Shown here: one piece after another, positions 46,901 through 49,795 of the stretch
Position numbering within the stretch: position 1 is the stretch's first letter
Layout of the letters: each line of letters opens with the position of its first letter
The notes under the pieces: model-generated
What the model was told of the DNA's origin: nothing
The model's database searches: none
What the model saw: only the letters and a program-made list of their open reading frames with translations
Assembly: GCA_947627335.1 (NCBI GenBank)
Contig: CANQVQ010000001.1
Span: 1-49,795 of the forward strand
DNA length: 49,795 nucleotides
Source of the DNA: an uncultured Clostridia bacterium
GTDB lineage: Bacteria; Bacillota; Clostridia; Oscillospirales; CAG-382
Direction: 5' to 3'
Program-made: the position numbers and the translations under genes

Positions 46901-49795
46901 GAGCGAACCCTCCATGTTCGACCGTACCAACTATCAGGAATCCGTCGATTCCATCATCTATGGGCATGACAGCGGAAACGTCCCGTATAACAGCGATACG
47001 GCGATGTCCAACGTCCTGCTCTATAAGGACAGCAACACCAAGGCCGAAGACGGGAAGCTCATTAACCCGTTCTATATGTACGGTCTGGAAGACCTCGGCG
47101 GTTTCGACTTCTATGATACCGACGCGACGCGTACCGCGATCAAGAGCAGCGACACGCTGGTCGGCTATGAGTACGCTCTGATCCGCAATGCGTATGTTGC
47201 GGCGGTCATCGAGGACGCCGAAGGCAACGTCCTCAGCGTCACGGCGCCTGCCGAGACGAACAGCGGATTCTACTACACCAACGGACAGGTTTGGCAGTCC
47301 CTCGTCTCCACGCTGGGGATCAACCAGAAGGTTTCCTCGCTCGAACTCGACGAAGGCGAAAGCTTCACCGTCAAGCTGGTTGCACTGCCCGAATACTACT
47401 TCGCGGATGCGCTTGCCAACGGCGCGGAAGGCGAGCCGGTCAACACCGTCACCGCGGAGGAGTTTAAGGATGTTTACGATCTGACCGAAATCGGGGATGG
47501 CGCGGTCCTTTCCACGACCATGACCATCGACGACACCAAGCCGGAAATGAGCAACGCACGCAGACGGATGCTCAGCGGCGACCTGGAAGTCACGGTGCAG
47601 GATAACCGTCACATCGCGTTCGTCAGCCTGATGACGACGGACGGCGCCTCGTACGTCGACTGCGTCCTTCCGGAGCAGACCGAGGCGGGTCAGGAATGCG
47701 TCGTCACCTTCCCGTGGGACGAGGTCGAGTACCTTGTCGGCAGGACCGGCGAAAGCAAGGTCATGATCTATATCGCCGACTACGCGGAGAACGTCCATGC
47801 GTATATCATCGATCTGGAAACGGAAGAGTTCGACGAAGTGGCTCCCACGTCGATCGAGCTTCCGGCGGAAGTCCACGTCTTTAACGGCGGCGTTTCCAGC
47901 GTCACGCCGACGATCCTCCCCTCGATCCTGACCGCGTCCGATCTGAACTGGTCGGTCGATACGCCCGAAGTCGCCAAGGTGGACGAATTCGGAAACGTCA
48001 CGGGTCTCAGCGTCGGCGAGGCGACCCTCACCGCCGCTTCCAAGAAGGATCCTTCGATCAACGCGACCTCCAAGATCGTCGTCAAGGATGCGCCGAGCAT
48101 CGATCTCGCGGGCATGGTCTTTGACAAGGACGGCGAGACGCAGTGGAGCACCTTCAATCTGCAGGATCCCAGCCAATTCCAGCAAGTCGCAGCGGGTCCG
48201 AGACTTTTCGCGGGCGACTATGCGCTTGACTTCCAAACGATGTACGGGCATGACGGGACCAACGTCTGGCGGGTGAATATGAACACCTTCGAGCAGACGT
48301 CCCTGTTTGCCATGAATCCCGTGTACCTGTTCCCGGACGCGGCGGTGAATAACTACTTCGCGGCGTACACCGCGGGCAATTACGCGCTCCTTGCGCCGCA
48401 GGCGAACAGTGCGGTCCTGATGATCCTTCTGCCGGAATCGGGCAACCTGTACACGGTCGATCTTTCGAGTGCGCTTCCCAGCAACATCTGCGCTATCGCG
48501 TTCAGCGGAATGAGTTCCGCAAATCGTCGCGACTACTATTATATGCTGCTGGAGAACGGCGACCTGTATCAGATCTATCTGTCGTCCACCGGAAGCCTCG
48601 GCTACGGTCAGGTCGGCAACGTCGGAATGACCTTCGACGGCGCCGCCGCTGCGGACGGCTCTTCGGTCACGTCCATGATGTACAGCTTCACCGCAAGGGA
48701 TGCGCTGTATCCCGACGGCATGACCGAACCGCTGCTCCTCGCTCACTACAAGGATGGGGACAGCACCGCATATCTCTCCCTCATTGAAATCACCTTTGAC
48801 GACGTCACGGGCGACATCGCCTTCTGCGGGATCGCGGGGTCGATGCCCTTCGGCGACGAGGTCTGGCCGGTCAGCGCTCTGTACGATCCCGAAATGATCG
48901 AACCGGCTGACGATGGACACGCCGTGCACGCACTTGCGGAATACACGGTCGCAAACAACCTGTCCGAAAAGATGTCGATGGTCGCTCCGAAGACCGAAAG
49001 CAACGCGATCGTGGTCGACGGAAAGACCGAAAGCGGTGACTACGACGTGGTGGATGTGAAGAACAACACCGTCACGATCGAAATTTCCGCCGACGCGTCC
49101 ACCAACGGTTTGGTGAATGTCTCCTACCCTGCCGAGCTGTCTCTGGTCAGCGTCGAAGGGTTGGTCGATTACTATGCGAACGCCACCGCCGGGGACGGCA
49201 CCGTCGTATTTGCGTACGCCGACGCCGATTCCCTGAACCGCCCGGTCACGAAGCTGGTCTTCTCCTATGAGGAAGCGGACGAGTTGAAACTGGTTGGGAA
49301 GACCGTCGATGTGACGACCGTCGAAGACGGCAAACCCGGCAAGGCGGAATCCGTCGAGAGCGTCCCGTTGACCTTTGCGGCGGAGAGCTTCAAGCTCGAC
49401 GTTCAGGTGACCGACGGCACCCACGACGCACCGAATACCGTCACCGAGGGCGTGGAAGTTTCCTTCACGATCAGCGCAAACGAAGGCTACAAACTGCCCG
49501 ACAGCATCACCGTCACCATGAACGGTGAGGAAATGGATCCTGCGAACTACACCTACGACCCCGTAACCGGCGAAGTGACGCTGCAGAGCGATTACATCAC
49601 CGGACCGATCGTCGTCACCGCGTCCTGCGTCTACGTCCCGAAGACCTTCACGGTCAGCGCGACCGTGGAGAACGGCAGCACGGATGCGCCGGCGACGGCG
49701 ACCGAGGGCGAGGAAGTTTCCTTCACGATCAGCGCGAACGAAGGGTACAGACTGCCCGAGAGCATCACCGTCACGGTGAACGGCGAAGCGATCAC
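43986..49795 (+). CDS. Very large secreted S8 (subtilisin/lactocepin-like) serine peptidase, 3' end beyond the window
   Basis: AAAGGAAGG RBS and a signal peptide. Catalytic triad: D in VAIIDTGID, H in HGSHVSGIAA, S in SGTSMAAPQVTG. PA-like insert, dockerin-like pair, Big_2-like domain and C-terminal tandem repeats. There is no stop before 49795. Confidence 0.9.
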   Translation, partial: MSKFSTTKRWIALLMAIAMLTGIPIATGAFSAKADSLRFTETDVMPEIHKGLGNLLPDAPLAQEPAPDDVVRVSIVLEDTPTLQKKYSTIGIAENAEAMAYSASLREKQSSVESVIQRDVLEGKQLDVVWNLTLAANIISANVAYGRVDAIKSVSGVKDVVLETQYAPAVVNDDLPADPNMGTSSAQIGSPAAWAGKYYGAGSKVAIIDTGIDTNHQSFDAEAYAYALEQHEVTEKQKESMLTEEEVQTLLSQLHIANIADPERIFVSDKIPFAFNYVDENHNITHDTDEQGEHGSHVSGIAAANAYIPQGEGFAPALDAVKTQGVAPDAQILTMKVFGSSGGAYDSDYMVAIEDAILLGADSVNLSLGSAAPGFSNSGIYEEVLNDLMVNSDTVVTMSAGNNGYWAENSEVGNLFGDDVSFHTGGSPGSFTNSLAVASVDNVGRTDYYVRVGDDMVFYTDTNANYSKPGLASIAGDEAYPFVYLDTVGIHTQALGSLTRTLENQLEKLDAQLIANGDADGLEGKVVLVNRGISSFALKCSAAATLGAAAVIIVDNAPGSTINMDLTDYTGQVPAVAISMEDGELFRAGGIAGTVGVLYDNTGASSPWDAPYYTGELYISAEVGSTDSEADPDNRYTMSSFSSWGVPGSLVMKPEITAPGGNIYSVNGAVASGDAYENMSGTSMAAPQVTGMVAVVAQYIRENEAKFENVDFAQRRALINSLLMSTSTPVIAEDGSYYSILSQGSGLANVGAAIQAQAVIQMADDATASYADGKVKVELGDDPTKEGIYSYSFRITNVGDSDGDYVLSTDMFTQDLYTEYGYTWLDTATTKLGATVSYTVDGEPVAQTLEADFNLDGLTDARDAQDLLDYLSGNGKVEPAKVSTTAADLDGDGKLTTYDAHLILAGIGEHVKVAAGDTVTVEVTIEVNKAQLSAYENGAYVEGYTFVTAVPDAEGVQDVEYSIPILGFYGNWSEPSMFDRTNYQESVDSIIYGHDSGNVPYNSDTAMSNVLLYKDSNTKAEDGKLINPFYMYGLEDLGGFDFYDTDATRTAIKSSDTLVGYEYALIRNAYVAAVIEDAEGNVLSVTAPAETNSGFYYTNGQVWQSLVSTLGINQKVSSLELDEGESFTVKLVALPEYYFADALANGAEGEPVNTVTAEEFKDVYDLTEIGDGAVLSTTMTIDDTKPEMSNARRRMLSGDLEVTVQDNRHIAFVSLMTTDGASYVDCVLPEQTEAGQECVVTFPWDEVEYLVGRTGESKVMIYIADYAENVHAYIIDLETEEFDEVAPTSIELPAEVHVFNGGVSSVTPTILPSILTASDLNWSVDTPEVAKVDEFGNVTGLSVGEATLTAASKKDPSINATSKIVVKDAPSIDLAGMVFDKDGETQWSTFNLQDPSQFQQVAAGPRLFAGDYALDFQTMYGHDGTNVWRVNMNTFEQTSLFAMNPVYLFPDAAVNNYFAAYTAGNYALLAPQANSAVLMILLPESGNLYTVDLSSALPSNICAIAFSGMSSANRRDYYYMLLENGDLYQIYLSSTGSLGYGQVGNVGMTFDGAAAADGSSVTSMMYSFTARDALYPDGMTEPLLLAHYKDGDSTAYLSLIEITFDDVTGDIAFCGIAGSMPFGDEVWPVSALYDPEMIEPADDGHAVHALAEYTVANNLSEKMSMVAPKTESNAIVVDGKTESGDYDVVDVKNNTVTIEISADASTNGLVNVSYPAELSLVSVEGLVDYYANATAGDGTVVFAYADADSLNRPVTKLVFSYEEADELKLVGKTVDVTTVEDGKPGKAESVESVPLTFAAESFKLDVQVTDGTHDAPNTVTEGVEVSFTISANEGYKLPDSITVTMNGEEMDPANYTYDPVTGEVTLQSDYITGPIVVTASCVYVPKTFTVSATVENGSTDAPATATEGEEVSFTISANEGYRLPESITVTVNGEAI
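49421..49795 (+). repeat. In-frame tandem repeat, 258-nt (86-aa) period, in the protease C-terminal region
   Basis: ACCGAGGG...GAAGTTTCCTTCACGATCAGCGC.AACGAAGG at 49443/49455 recurs at 49701/49713. The peptides TEGVEVSFTISANEGYKLPDSITVT and TEGEEVSFTISANEGYRLPESITVT correspond. Confidence 0.85.

Noticed and set aside
43812-49424. 1870-aa minus-strand ORF, the longest ORF in that region
   Set aside because: It is antisense to the S8 protease gene. It has no RBS, promoter or signal features. Its translation is monotonous R/G/D/V/A-rich sequence with no motifs. The plus strand carries an intact catalytic triad, a signal peptide, an RBS and a promoter. This is a typical high-GC shadow ORF.

Overview
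This window is the replication-origin region of a high-GC Firmicute, probably a Clostridia/Oscillospirales-like organism; that placement is inferred from gene content, Gram-positive sortase pili and TGn extended -10 promoters. No searches were possible, so all protein identities rest on motifs I recognise.

The core is tRNA-Ser x2 <> dnaA-dnaN-recF-remB-like-gyrB-gyrA. The dnaA-dnaN spacer holds an oriC module: four DnaA-box-like 9-mers, a GC cluster, a (CTA)n DnaA-trio run and an AT-richer stretch. Two perfect consensus parS palindromes lie about 13-14 kb to the right.

Left of the origin, on the minus strand, is a 12.6 kb sortase-pilus operon led by a TetR gene. It encodes TetR, a 2222 aa vWA tip adhesin, a 716 aa backbone pilin, two class C sortases and a 302 aa minor pilin. 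Its promoter lies next to a 17-nt poly-G tract. tRNA genes followed by a near-identical 68-bp terminator element bracket the operon. An unusual 4+4 mirrored array of ACATCATT octamers lies next to it.

Right of the origin are:
- a DUF4364-nth-ttcA-like-yhbY-aroQ operon
- an orphan RnfC/RnfD-like pair, then rlmD
- a lipoprotein, then pgk-tpiA
- an ArsR-HMA-P1B ATPase operon whose last gene, a CapA-family gene, is translationally coupled to the ATPase
- a CotH(4xLTD)-VTC-DUF4956 operon of unknown function, my top candidate for an undescribed system
- an orphan oadB/oadG pair
- the start of a very large S8 surface protease

Many very long antisense shadow ORFs (up to 1870 aa) are high-GC artefacts and were rejected.
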